This document shows, one piece after another, positions 26,450 through 37,501 of a stretch of DNA of 64,000 bases. The translations under genes were made by a program, and so were the position numbers. How positions within the stretch are numbered: position 1 is the stretch's first letter; each line of letters opens with the position of its first letter. Source of the stretch: Hydrolagus colliei (lineage: Eukaryota); contig CM068750.1 of NCBI GenBank assembly GCA_035084275.1, forward strand, positions 4,278,001 to 4,342,000, written 5' to 3'. The notes below the pieces were generated by a model. That model was given only the letters and a program-made list of their open reading frames with translations, made no database searches and had not been told where the DNA came from.

Positions 26450-27060
26450 TATTACTTTGACACTTCGTCCCGTTTAGTTCAGTTCCGGTGGAGAAACACA
26501 CCCGGATGTGGGTCCGTCGCTCTAATGTGTCCGATGTGCAACCGTTTCCCCCCCATTCCCCCCCAGCCCAGCCAGGAGCAACGGGTTTGTCTGTGTGAGT
26601 GAGAGGGAGTGAATGAATGATTGAGTGAATGTGTGAGGGAGTGAGTGAGTGAGGGAGTGCGGGGGGGGAGGGGGGGGGGGGGGGGAGTTCGCTGGGCGAG
26701 TGTGAGCCGCGCCGCCGCCGGGAGCTGATGCAATGAGTCCCGGAGGCGGCTCCTGTCAAAGGCCCCGGTCACTGACTGACACTGACACTGACTGACTGAC
26801 GGCAGGAACTTGTGGCACAGACACCTCCCTGACTGTACCACCACACACTCTCCCCCCCCCCCCCCCCCCCCCCAGCCTCCCAGCCAACAACAACAACAAC
26901 AACAGCTACACTTGTATATCGCGAAAGGTGATACACAAGTGTAGCTGTTGTTGTTGTTGTGGCTGCTGGTGTTTTGCTGATTGGATCTCCACAGCGAAAC
27001 CTTTAAACCGGTCACCTCCCCCCCCCCCCCCCCCCCCCCCGAGGAGGGTTCGGGCAAAAT
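26450..27060. promoter_or_regulatory. Probable bidirectional WDR25/WARS1 promoter with non-coding first exons (GC/CpG-rich)
   Basis: Lies between head-to-head coding starts; locally CpG-rich; ETS-type TTCCGG/CCGGATGT motifs near 26483-26509; long G and C runs; exact TSS and exon borders not determined. Confidence 0.6.
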
Positions 27061-27064
27061 GTGT

Positions 27065-27297
27065 GGAGTCCTGTAGCCCAGTAGTTGGAGCCTCGAGAGA
27101 TGTGGGTTCAATTCCAGGTCAATAATAATAATAATAATCCCTCAAAAAAACCCCCCCCAATAATAAATCGGTCGTTTCAACCACGACTGTTTGTGGGGAC
27201 GCTGCTGTGCGCAATTGGCTGCTGCGTTTCGCCCACAGATGGACAGTTCAGTTCAGTTTACAGTATATTCTGTGAGGCGCTTGAGATGTCTGGATGT
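27065..27297 (+). mobile_element. SINE, deleted and GC-shifted, next to the WARS1 promoter
   Basis: GGAGTCCTGTAG head and family body; tail incomplete. Confidence 0.82.
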
Positions 27298-27869
27298 TAG
27301 TTACGCGCGCAGCTTTGGTGATATTCCGACAGTAGTTTGTGGGACAATGCCAGGTGGGATAGGCTCAGTGCTGTACCTGTTACTGAATTTGATACGGGAA
27401 ATGTGTTGTTCAAGGGACTTGGAAATAATTCATTTGTTATTTGTATATTAACGATAAATCTTGCCGTTGTTAGATTCCACTTTCATATCGAGAGAACGTC
27501 TCTCAGAGTTCTTCACAGAAATTGAGTGCAGTGACTGTGTGTGTTTTGGAGGTCATTTTGTTTTTACTGTACCTTCCAGAGTAATAATGATTAACTAGAG
27601 CTGTGTACCTGATAGGATTCTGTAACACATTACTGCACTTTATTTGATAATAATGGGATTTCTTTTGTGGCTTTAGTCATTCTATGTCATTGCTATTCAA
27701 AGCAGATTTTTCTATCTTTTCTAAAGTTATGTATGTAAGGTACAGATATACAATCTTTTAATGAATGCCAATCCAAGTGAACATACTTTGCTATCACTAA
27801 CAACACTCATTGTCCTGCTTGGTCCATTTACCAGATCTTTCTTCCATCTTTTCAGGACTGAAATGAGAA

Positions 27870-27950
27870 ATGAATCCCATGGAACTGTACGAGAAAGTAG
27901 CCGCTCAAGGGGAGGCTGTGCGACTTCTAAAGACGAAAAAAGCATCAAAG
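27870..27950 (+). CDS. WARS1: WARS1 (cytoplasmic tryptophanyl-tRNA synthetase) first coding exon, WHEP domain start; acceptor at 27855/27856
   Basis: In-frame TGA at 27864 precedes the ATG; MNPMELYEKVAAQGEAVRLLKTKKASK|gtgaaa is a WHEP helix (QGExVRxLK). Confidence 0.88.
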
Positions 27951-28168
27951 GTGAAATAGGCTGATCATTTTTTTAAATCTTGGTTCATGTTAAATATACA
28001 GACAATCACTGCAACATAAATTGCATGCCCATCTATTAGCTACATGGTATTGATTCGTTAAAGCCTTTTTAAAAAAAAGCTTTACGATGTTCGTTGCCGA
28101 ACATATAATTTACGAAGACAGGAAAGCACAATTCTATTAATGATTTAAAAGCAGAATTTGGTGTCGGT

Positions 28169-28370
28169 CTGGCTCAGTCAACTCAAGGTTGTGGTTCAAT
28201 CACTTTTTGGAGACTTTGAGCTCATCATCTAGGTTGACACTCCGGTACAGTGGTAGGAGAGGCTTGCGTTGTTTGGGCGTATCGGTCCTTTGGATGACAT
28301 GTTAAACCAAAGTCTCACCATCCGCATGTTGAAGTGGACGTTAAAGATTCAACGGCAGAATTTGAAGACT
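28169..28370 (+). mobile_element. Old DeuSINE-like copy in a WARS1 intron
   Basis: GGAGACTTTGAGC...TCTAGGTTGACACTCC...GGATGACATGTTAAACC...GTGGACGTTAAAGAT; colinear with the 17692 copy. Confidence 0.6.
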
Positions 28371-28439
28371 TAACTGAAGAGCCACACGGGGTTTGGCACT
28401 TTTTAAATAATGGTTTTGTTTTTGTATAAAATGGTGTAG

Positions 28440-28644
28440 GAAGAAGTTGATGTAGCAGTAAAGGAACTCTTGGCATTGAAACTGGATTATAAGACATTAA
28501 CAGGCCAAGAATACAAGCTGGGTAGCTCACCCACGAATATCGCACTGGTTAGTACTGATGTTGTAGAGGATGTTGGTGACTACGTGGATCCATGGACAGT
28601 GCAGACATCAAATGCTAAAGGCATGGACTACGACAAACTCATAG
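28440..28644 (+). CDS. WARS1: WARS1 coding exon 2
   Basis: tag|GAA...ATA G|gtgatt, 205 nt; [26 protein letters not shown]...[21 protein letters not shown]. Confidence 0.93.
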
Positions 28645-29127
28645 GTGATTATTCCTGTAGCTGATCTAGTTACTGATATTGATGTCAATTTGAATATTAT
28701 TGTTAAAAATCCTGTAGACGTAATGCCTATTAATACATGATGTGTTTTAATACATGATGTCCTCCTTTGAAACGTAGGGAGCGGAGGGAAAATATATTGC
28801 CGTTATGCATGTGGTAGCAGCAGCAACACCAACAAGCTGTATTTATATAGTGCCCTTCACGCCAGTACAGTGCACATCTTGAAATTTGTGGATAACAAAT
28901 TCTGTGGATAACCTGCTTAAAATACTGCAGTTGTGGGAAATACTGTAATCTGCCTACAAATACACAATTACTACAGTAAAAGTCACTATGTTTGCTGGTA
29001 GATTACCTGTGTGCTTTTGAGACACTTTTGACTTCATCAAGCGCTTCTATTAAATGCAAGGATTATCATTATTTGAGGTGATGCTGCGGTGTCTACATTA
29101 ATTGTCAACGTTTCTTATTGTTCACAG

Positions 29128-29236
29128 TTCGTTTTGGGAGCAGCAAAATCGATCAGGAGTTGATTGAAAGAATAGAGCGAGCGATCGGTCGACGAGCTCA
29201 CCACTTTCTCCGGCGTGGAATCTTTTTCTCTCATCG
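29128..29236 (+). CDS. WARS1: WARS1 coding exon 3
   Basis: 109 nt; [35 protein letters not shown]. Confidence 0.95.
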
Positions 29237-29423
29237 GTTGGCAGATTTTTAAAAATCTTTCGTGCTGATCACAATGATCCTTTTGTAGCTCAAAAAACCT
29301 TGGCCCGTTCCTAATTGTTGATCTTTTCTCCGCTACGTTCCCAGTACTGTATTTGTGTGTGAAAATCCTATCGTGTTTCGAAGACGTCCTTTTGATCACA
29401 GTTCCCTTTTTTTTTCCTTAAAG

Positions 29424-29543
29424 GGATATGAATCAAATCCTTGAAGCTTTTGAAACAAAAAAATCATTCTACCTGTACACAGGCCGAGGGCCATCATCAG
29501 AGTCAATGCATGTGGGTCACCTTATCCCATTCATCTTCACAAA
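29424..29543 (+). CDS. WARS1: WARS1 coding exon 4 (HIGH-type motif HVGH)
   Basis: 120 nt; [39 protein letters not shown], donor gtaagt. Confidence 0.96.
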
Positions 29544-29563
29544 GTAAGTTGTGTTTTATCCCT

Positions 29564-29673
29564 AAATAATAATAATAATAATAATCCTTGCATTTGATGT
29601 AGTCTTCACGTCTTCTAGACGTCTCAAAGCGCCTCACAGAATATGCTGTAAAGTGAATTGACTGTAAATTTGT
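29564..29673 (-). mobile_element. SINE 3' fragment in a WARS1 intron
   Basis: (AAT)n CCTTGCATTTGAT...GTGAATTGACTGT. Confidence 0.8.
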
Positions 29674-29818
29674 GGTACACTCTCTGCATACTTCATGGAT
29701 TACGAGTAAGGAGATTTGCTCGTATCGTATATAAAAATAATAACACATTTCACAGAACATGCAACCGTTGAGTTGTGAGTGGATCTCCTCTGCATGTGTT
29801 TCTTCATCTTTTTCCTAG

Positions 29819-30001
29819 GTGGCTGCAAGATGTGTTTGATGTCCCACTTATTGTTCAACTGACTGACGATGAGAAGTGCTTGTGGAAAGATCTGACACCG
29901 GAACAGGCTTATAAATATGCCATTGAGAATACCAAAGACATTATTGCTTGTGGATTTGATGTGAATAAAACCTTCATCTTCTCTGACCTGGATTACATGG
30001 G
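29819..30001 (+). CDS. WARS1: WARS1 coding exon 5
   Basis: 183 nt; [24 protein letters not shown]...FIFSDLDYM, donor gtatgt. Confidence 0.96.
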
Positions 30002-30377
30002 GTATGTCCAAAGCAATACCACACTTGTGTTTTCTATTCCATCCCTTCTTTAGAAGTGTATTGTGACCACAATTTGGATAATTGACATCATGACAAACTT
30101 AACTGGCTTTTAATAAAACACAAGCCCCAAATAATGCGCGGATTGTACAGAATTTACTTGGCCTTTATTTTGTGTGATTGTTTTTCATATTTTTCCCAAT
30201 TGGTTTCTCCAAATGTAAATGTTCCTGTGATTTGCATTTATTACAAGCCCTCGGGTACAAGAGGTGTGGGCAGTTATAGACTTTAAAATAATGGACTTGT
30301 TCTGTACATTTCATGGCAACACATCTAACTAATCTGTAAATATTACTTTTTCATTACGAAAGATTGAAGCAACATAG

Positions 30378-30668
<291 letters not shown>

Positions 30669-30910
30669 TGAGGAAATCCCACTATTTTCGGAGGAACATT
30701 GTGAACAATTAATTTAGATGATTATTTAAGATGAATAGTATAATTTGCCCGGGTTGCGGCATTCTGCAGTAAACATCGTAAGCAGTTATATTTGTCTTTT
30801 TAGGTCTGTTAGAGAACAGATGTAGTAGCTTTTTGGTAATCTATGATGTAATTATAACTGCCTCATTTTAAGAAATATGTGAAAGTTCAATTGTTTTTTT
30901 TCATTGGCAG

Positions 30911-31023
30911 GGAAGATCAGCTTTCCCGCAATACAGGCTGCTCCGTCTTTCAGTACTTCATTTCCACATATCTTTAATGGCCGAAAGGATATTCAGTGTC
31001 TCATTCCCTGCGCCATTGACCAG
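30911..31023 (+). CDS. WARS1: WARS1 coding exon 7 (AIDQ motif)
   Basis: 113 nt; [37 protein letters not shown]. Confidence 0.95.
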
Positions 31024-31103
31024 GTCGGAACCAAGTGATTGAACACATTTCAACATAGAATTAAGCTATTCAGACAAGTATCTCTGTTGTGCTAGAATCC
31101 AAC

Positions 31104-31420
31104 TGCTTCAATGGTTAGAGCACTCGCCTCGCAAGCGAGAGAGAGACCTGGGTTTGATTCCCGGCGGGGCGAAACCTTGGGAAAGTTCCCTTACCCCACA
31201 CACCTAATAATAATCCATCAAAGGAATAAAAGAAAAAAAAATTGGTCATTTCAATCCACGACTGTTTGTGGGACACTGCTGTGCGCAATTGGCTGCTGCG
31301 TTTCGCCCACAAATATACAGTCAATTCAATTTCCAGTATATTCTGTGAAGCGCTTTGAGACGTCGATGAGATGTGGAAAGCGCTGTATCAAATACAAGGA
31401 TTATTATTATTATTATTATT
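31104..31420 (+). mobile_element. tRNA-derived SINE, near full length
   Basis: ATGGTTAGAGCACTCGCCTCGCAAGCGAG head, body and long (ATT)n tail. Confidence 0.9.
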
Positions 31421-31565
31421 AAATAGCCACAAGGTGGCGGTCACGAGTACCTGGAGCGTCGGGCTCCCTTCTGTTCCACGTGTTGTTCTATAGGAGAAGA
31501 CAATGGAACAGGACTCCGATGACGCTTTGTGTGATATTATCTGTGTGTTATTCCTCTCACCCTGA

Positions 31566-31871
<306 letters not shown>

Positions 31872-31897
31872 TAACACCTTTTATTATTTAAACTACT

Positions 31898-32223
31898 GGA
31901 GGCCTGTAGCTCAGTGGCTAGAGCACTCGCCTTACTAAACGTGAGACCTGTGTTTCGAATCCAGGCAGGTCAGGGTGAAACCTTGGGCAAGTTTCCTTAC
32001 TCTACACGTCCTATTGATAATCCGTCCCCAAAAAACACAGTAATAAAAATTGGGTCATTTTCAATCCACGACTGTTTGTGGGACACTGCGCATTGGCTAC
32101 CGCATTTCGCCCAAAAATATCCAGTCAATTCACTTTACAGTATATTCTGTGAAGCACTTTGGGACGTCGATAAAATGTGAAAAGCACGATAGCAAATGCA
32201 AGGATTATTCTTATTCTTATTAC
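31898..32223 (+). mobile_element. tRNA-derived SINE, full length, tail abutting a WARS1 splice acceptor
   Basis: Head CCTGTAGCTCAGTGGCTAGAGC; tail ends 7 nt before the exon at 32231. Confidence 0.9.
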
Positions 32224-32230
32224 TGTTCAG

Positions 32231-32371
32231 ATCAACAAGCATGCCTTTTCCGGGGGCAAGGATACAATTGAAGAACACCGACGACTTGGTGGCAACTGTG
32301 AAGTGGACGTCTCTTACATGTACTTAAGTTTCTTCCTGGAAGATGATGAGAAATTGGAGAAAATAAAAGAG
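32231..32371 (+). CDS. WARS1: WARS1 coding exon 9
   Basis: 141 nt; [47 protein letters not shown]. Confidence 0.95.
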
Positions 32372-32683
32372 GTCTGTCTGATCATTTATGTATTTTTCTG
32401 ATTCCGAGTGACAATGTCGGCATTCCTAGAGTTCTTCAGTTTATTTTAAGTAACCTTTTTCTGTTTGCATTGCTGTTCCTTGAAATTGCATTGGTAGAAA
32501 ATGCCCTTCCTTCCGCTAGGAAATCAATGTCGCAATGCGATTAGGTTTTGACATTAATTTTTCTTATACCTGTTGCAATAGTCACATTGCACTAAATAGC
32601 TAAGAGATTTCAGATGCCATGGAGGACTTTGAAAGTGAGAACCAGGTTCTTCGTATAACGAGAAATTCCTGTTTCTTCATTAG

Positions 32684-32842
32684 GATTACTCAAGTGGAAA
32701 ACTCCTTACTGGGGAACTAAAGAAGATTCTGATTGAAACGTTGCAGCCTCTCATAGCGACACACCAAGAACGACGCAAACAAGTGACGGATGAAATAGTG
32801 AAACAGTTCATGACTCCTCGAAAACTAGCTTACGACTTTTAA
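32684..32842 (+). CDS. WARS1: WARS1 last coding exon (stop TAA)
   Basis: tag|GAT; [52 protein letters not shown]; the joined CDS is 1386 nt. Confidence 0.95.
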   Translation, partial: DYSSGKLLTGELKKILIETLQPLIATHQERRKQVTDEIVKQFMTPRKLAYDF

Positions 32843-32993
32843 CAAACGGTATTTCCTAGCTTCGAAAATTTGTATTGCTCAGATACACAGAAATTGTCCC
32901 ATCTCAGGCTGGTTCTTGGTTGCATCATCTAGAATCTTGACAGGACCTTCAAACTAGGTGTAACATCATGCAAACTAGTGATATGGAATCATT

Positions 32994-33114
32994 AATAAAT
33001 GCTGCTAAATTATCCCAATCAGTCTTTCAGGTCGTGGTCCTTGTGTTTCCATCACTCTTGTTGAGTCTGTGCTAGGTTTTATGCACATCAACCTGATGGT
33101 AGTCGATTAATAAA
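32994..33114 (+). terminator. Candidate WARS1 polyadenylation signals
   Basis: AATAAA at 32994-32999 and 33109-33114; the first is followed by a GT/T-rich tract. Confidence 0.5.
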
Positions 33115-33689
33115 CATTTCTTGATAGGTTTTTGCACTAAAAATAATAATAATAATTTCACATTATTTGCACTTGCAATTGACTCCTTATCACATTGCCT
33201 ACACAATCGAAATAACACTAGTCAGTCTGGAATAAAATTCCACTACAACGCAAATTCAAGAACGGGAAAGAGGTGGAGATACTGTACATGACTGACCCAA
33301 TGTCCAGTTGTCATGTGTAGAATCATGATGACTACATCTCCAAATTTAATCCACTACCCTCATTCATTGTAATTCACACGTTTTTGTTTAGTCTATACTA
33401 ATGAGGGGTGTAATTCCTGTGAGAAAATACACGAACGGACCTGGGCTGACAATCTTAACTCAGCAAGTCTTAAAATAGGATATGCAACATTGCTTGGAAC
33501 TCGTTTCTGTGAAAACTGTTGGGGTAGAATTATAAAATGTCTTCAGTGACAGATTTACGAGATTCAATTATGTGTTGCTGGGATCAATGATTTCTTCAGT
33601 TAGGCACATTTCACTGAATTCCACCTGGGTTGGCCCCCATATCTGATCTAGTGCAAGCATTAGAACATGTTTATGTAATGTATATATAC

Positions 33690-34090
33690 CCTTCAAAGCC
33701 CTCCTTGGCCTTGCCCCTCCAATCCAACCTCCGCGACCTCCTAAGCCCTACCAACCTGTCCCATCCCCCTGCTCAGCGGACTCTGGTCTGCTTCACGTCC
33801 CCCAACCCACCTGACCCACCATCGGCGAGTGAGCTTTCAGCCACTCTGCCCCCGACCGTTGGAAATCCATCCTGCAATCTCTCCACCTCGCCCTCCTCCC
33901 TAGACTCCTTCAAGTCCCTTCTCAAGACCCTCCTCATCGACCGTACTATCGGTCACTCCCTTTGCCCCCCACCTTCCCTCCACTCTCTTCGATCCCAACC
34001 CTAGCTTGGGTGCAAAACACTTGACTGTCCAGCGCCTTAGGATGTCTTCCTGACGTGATAGATGCTATACAAATGTCACTTTTATTGTTT
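33690..34090 (+). mobile_element. L2 LINE 3' end with tail
   Basis: C-rich ORF2 end, TTCAAGTCCCTTCTCAAGACC, tail CAGCGCCTTAGGATGTC. Confidence 0.78.
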
Positions 34091-35613
34091 CCTGCTATTT
34101 CTTCCGACAGACCAAAGAATACATTCAGTAGAGAAAAGGCTATATATTACCAGGAATGGGAAAATGTATACATTAATGCTTAGCAGCTCCATCTAATGCC
34201 AAAAATAATTCATTGTAATAAATATGAAACTTTTCACAATTGTTTTCAGCAGAAGATAAATGTCACCAATTTTAATTTTAAGATGCCTGAAATATTCATA
34301 TCTAGTTATTGCACCATTGTCAGAAAGAATATCAGTGTAGCACATTATTAAGATACGAGTTTATATAAAAAATTCCCATCCGTTTAGTGGCTCTGGTATT
34401 ATAGATCTAAATTTTCAAACAGCTAACTTTATGGCTAAATGAAAATAGTCATAAATAATAAATATGGAGTCCTGTAAAATATTTGATTCTAACACTAAAG
34501 TCCTAATCCCTGACTGTTCAGTGTCTTGAGATGTCCTCCCGATGTGAAAGGCACTTTACAAATACAATTCTACGTTGTATTGTAACGGGGATAATAACTC
34601 AATCCATGACTGTGGGGACATGGCTGCCGCATTGCACCTTCAAAATATCCAGTCCGTTCACTTTACAGTAATGTTCTGTGAAGCGCTTTGAGACGTCTCA
34701 TCGACGTGATAAGGTGCTGTATCAAAGATTATTGTATTATAAATAGAGGTCCATATTTAAGACATTAGACAGAACCTTGCGATGTACAGCTATTGAGCAC
34801 ACATCCTGGGATGTGATACTCAAAGACCCTTGACCAATTTTCCATTGCCTAGCGTAAGATTGCTGACACCAACTGTTACTGGCCCTCTACTGTTACTCAC
34901 CCATCTGAGATGAGTGAATTCAGGTTAGGGGGATTCTCACTTAAGTCTGTAAGTCTGAGCACAACAACAACACCATGTGCTTGTTCTACTGATATAAGAC
35001 ACAAGCTTATAGAAGAATAATGTCAAATGCAGAAGCAGTTGAGATATCAGGCTGGAAAACTTAGCCAACAATAAAACGTGAGGTTTCTGAGGCGACTTTC
35101 ATCAAATAAGCCAGAGTTCAAAAAGAAAGGCAAAAGCAAAAAGGGATTACTAATGCATCGATTTATTTGTCGTCTGCATTACCCTGAAAAGCTTTGGAAG
35201 TGTCAATAACCTGGTTAGCATCACAGATTATTATATACAGTACGTGACATCATGCTCCGCCACTGATGCTACCCTGCGTGAAGGGCGCTATATAAAGGCA
35301 AGTTGCTGTTGTCATTAGGTTTTTTTTATGCTCCATCCATTAGTGCTAATATTTCAAATCAAAACAAAGAGTTTCAAGTCATTTAAAAAAAAAAAAAACA
35401 TTTACAGCATTCCCTTCTTATCCCACGAGGAAATATGGTTGATATGTTCGCAAGCTAAACGTGCCTGAAAGACGCAAGATGTGGACAAAACAGGTGCTCT
35501 GATCCACATCTAAAAAATCTCATTCACATTCAGGAAGGCCTGCGCACGTTACAGTGAGTAAAGGCAAGAAAGTTGCCTTGGGGGAAATCCTCTGGACTAA
35601 GATGTTGCTCTTC

Positions 35614-35900
35614 TCATTCCTTTAAGATGAGTTTATTGAGGAGCTGCAACACATATTCATAAGTCACAAAGGTCACGCCGTTCACTGGAAATGCGCGCAA
35701 ACAGTTCAAAGTCAGGCCCTTGAAGAAAACTCTAATGCCCTCATGCCTGAAGCTTTCGGTAATACAGTTCAATACACCAGTGTATCTCTGCTTTCCCATG
35801 CCATCCACCTGCATACGAGACTTCATGACATCCATCGGGGTTGCCAATGCCCAGTAGGTCATTCCCGAACACCCTCCAGCCAGCAACATGCCCGACCAAC
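35614..35900 (-). CDS. SLC25A47: SLC25A47 last coding exon (third carrier repeat, stop TGA)
   Basis: ccgcag|GT TGG; MLLAGGCSGMTYWALATPMDVMKSRMQVDG...LRAFPVNGVTFVTYE; PX[DE]XX[KR] motif PMDVMK. Confidence 0.9.
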
Positions 35901-36742
35901 CTGCGGAGAGACAAGGCTATTGATTATTTACAACTGGAAATATTTTCTCCAATTTAGACAAACGGCTCCCCAAATCTCTCACTTGACCCAAGCCTAAAGC
36001 TGCCCATATACAAAGGTATCTATTTAGCTGGTTGCCCTAGAACCACATTACCAGACTAATTGTCTTTTACGCACTAAAACGTGGCCGGTATAATGACACA
36101 AACCCACACGGTAAGATACCACCATTGAACATAATTATTCGAATACAAAATCAATCAGTTGTAATAGCCCAATGAAGACAACAAAGTGCTTTGAGACTTA
36201 CTCCTGATGTGAAAGGTATATAAATATATTATGTATTGTATAAATCTCACAGTTAACAGAACATTAAGTATCCTAGCAGATATTGCATCACCCACATGTA
36301 CAGTACAATCACACTTATGAGAGGATATTTCTATGGTCAGCTATGCCTCACTGTTTTCACGAACTTACAAATGAAGAAACCACCTCCTAATTCTGAATGT
36401 TTGTACTACTGTATAAGTCAGGATGCAGTCAGATAAATCCCATTGTTAGCCGTCTGTCCAATTTCCCCCGCATATCTTCTGTAAGATGTTTTATGTTATC
36501 TTAACTATCGTTATATCTATCGTCCAGCGCCTTCGGACATCCTCCCTACGTGAAAGGCGCTCTATAAATGCAATTTTGTTGTTGTTGTAGGCTCAGTGTT
36601 CCAATTACAGCATAAACACTGAGCTCTCCTACGTCAAATGACAGTTTGATTAACAATCTCAAGGTTGTACTTGTACATGCATCTATTTCAGTAAAACTGT
36701 AATTCCAAATAAAACCAAGCCCCTTTTTGTTTCAATAAATAC

Positions 36743-37025
36743 CTCTGGAGTCTTGTCCTTCTGGAGTCAACCATTCAGTAAAAATGGAGTAAGACAGAAA
36801 GTATAATCCAAAACAAGGGATGTCCCTCAGCCACAGAGCAGTAATACCTCGATAAAGTCCACGTATCCCTTCCTCACTCAGTATTGTCATCAGGCAGTGG
36901 ATTGGACCTCGGTATTTGGCCTTTGATAACAGACCAACGGTTGCTGGGCCGTGGTAAGTGCTATGAGGATGAGTTTGGATCTGCTGCCTTATCTTGATCA
37001 GGTCAATAGGAGAAAACACGATAGC
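36743..37025 (-). CDS. SLC25A47: SLC25A47 coding exon 5
   Basis: ccag|GCT...AGA G|gtattt, 283 nt; PIDLIK signature, KYRGPIHCL, LWLRDIPCFGLYFLSY. Confidence 0.9.
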
Positions 37026-37196
37026 CTGGAAACATGCAGCAAAAACAAAAACAGACAAAAACAGACGCTTGCTTCGCGATGGCAGCTAAAGAGTTGAATC
37101 GCTTAATGGGATTGAGAATAAGGCACATATAATTAAGAGAAAAGATGCAAGCCTTGCAACTGGTCACTGAAAGTTCTCTTGTCAGTTGTTGAAAGA

Positions 37197-37501
37197 AATA
37201 ATAATCCTTGCATTTGAGACCGTGTCTTATGAAACCAATGAGACGTTTCAAAGCCTCCACAGAATATATTGTAAAGTGAATGGACTGTATATTTGGGGGC
37301 AAAACGCGGCAGCCAATTGTGTACGGCAGTGTCCCACAAACAGTCGTGGAATGAAGTGACCAATATATTTTTTTTTCTCTGAGGGATTATTATCAGGTGC
37401 GTGGAGGAAGGATACTTGCCCAAGGTTTCGCCTTGCCTGGAATCAAACCCAGGTCTCTCGCTTGTAAGATGAGTGCTGTAACCACTGAACTACAGGACTC
37501 C
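37197..37501 (-). mobile_element. tRNA-derived SINE, full length
   Basis: Reverse complement of head (CTACAGGACTCC), body and tail. Confidence 0.9.

Noticed and set aside
31111-31422. Recurrent short ORFs ending in YYYY/IIII with CAIGCCV...IQSIHFTVYSVK motifs
   Set aside because: Translations of SINE copies, not a protein family
31424-31443. CTCF-like motif AGCCACAAGGTGGCGG (another near 23630-23650)
   Set aside because: A motif match alone is too common to call a site without ChIP or conservation data
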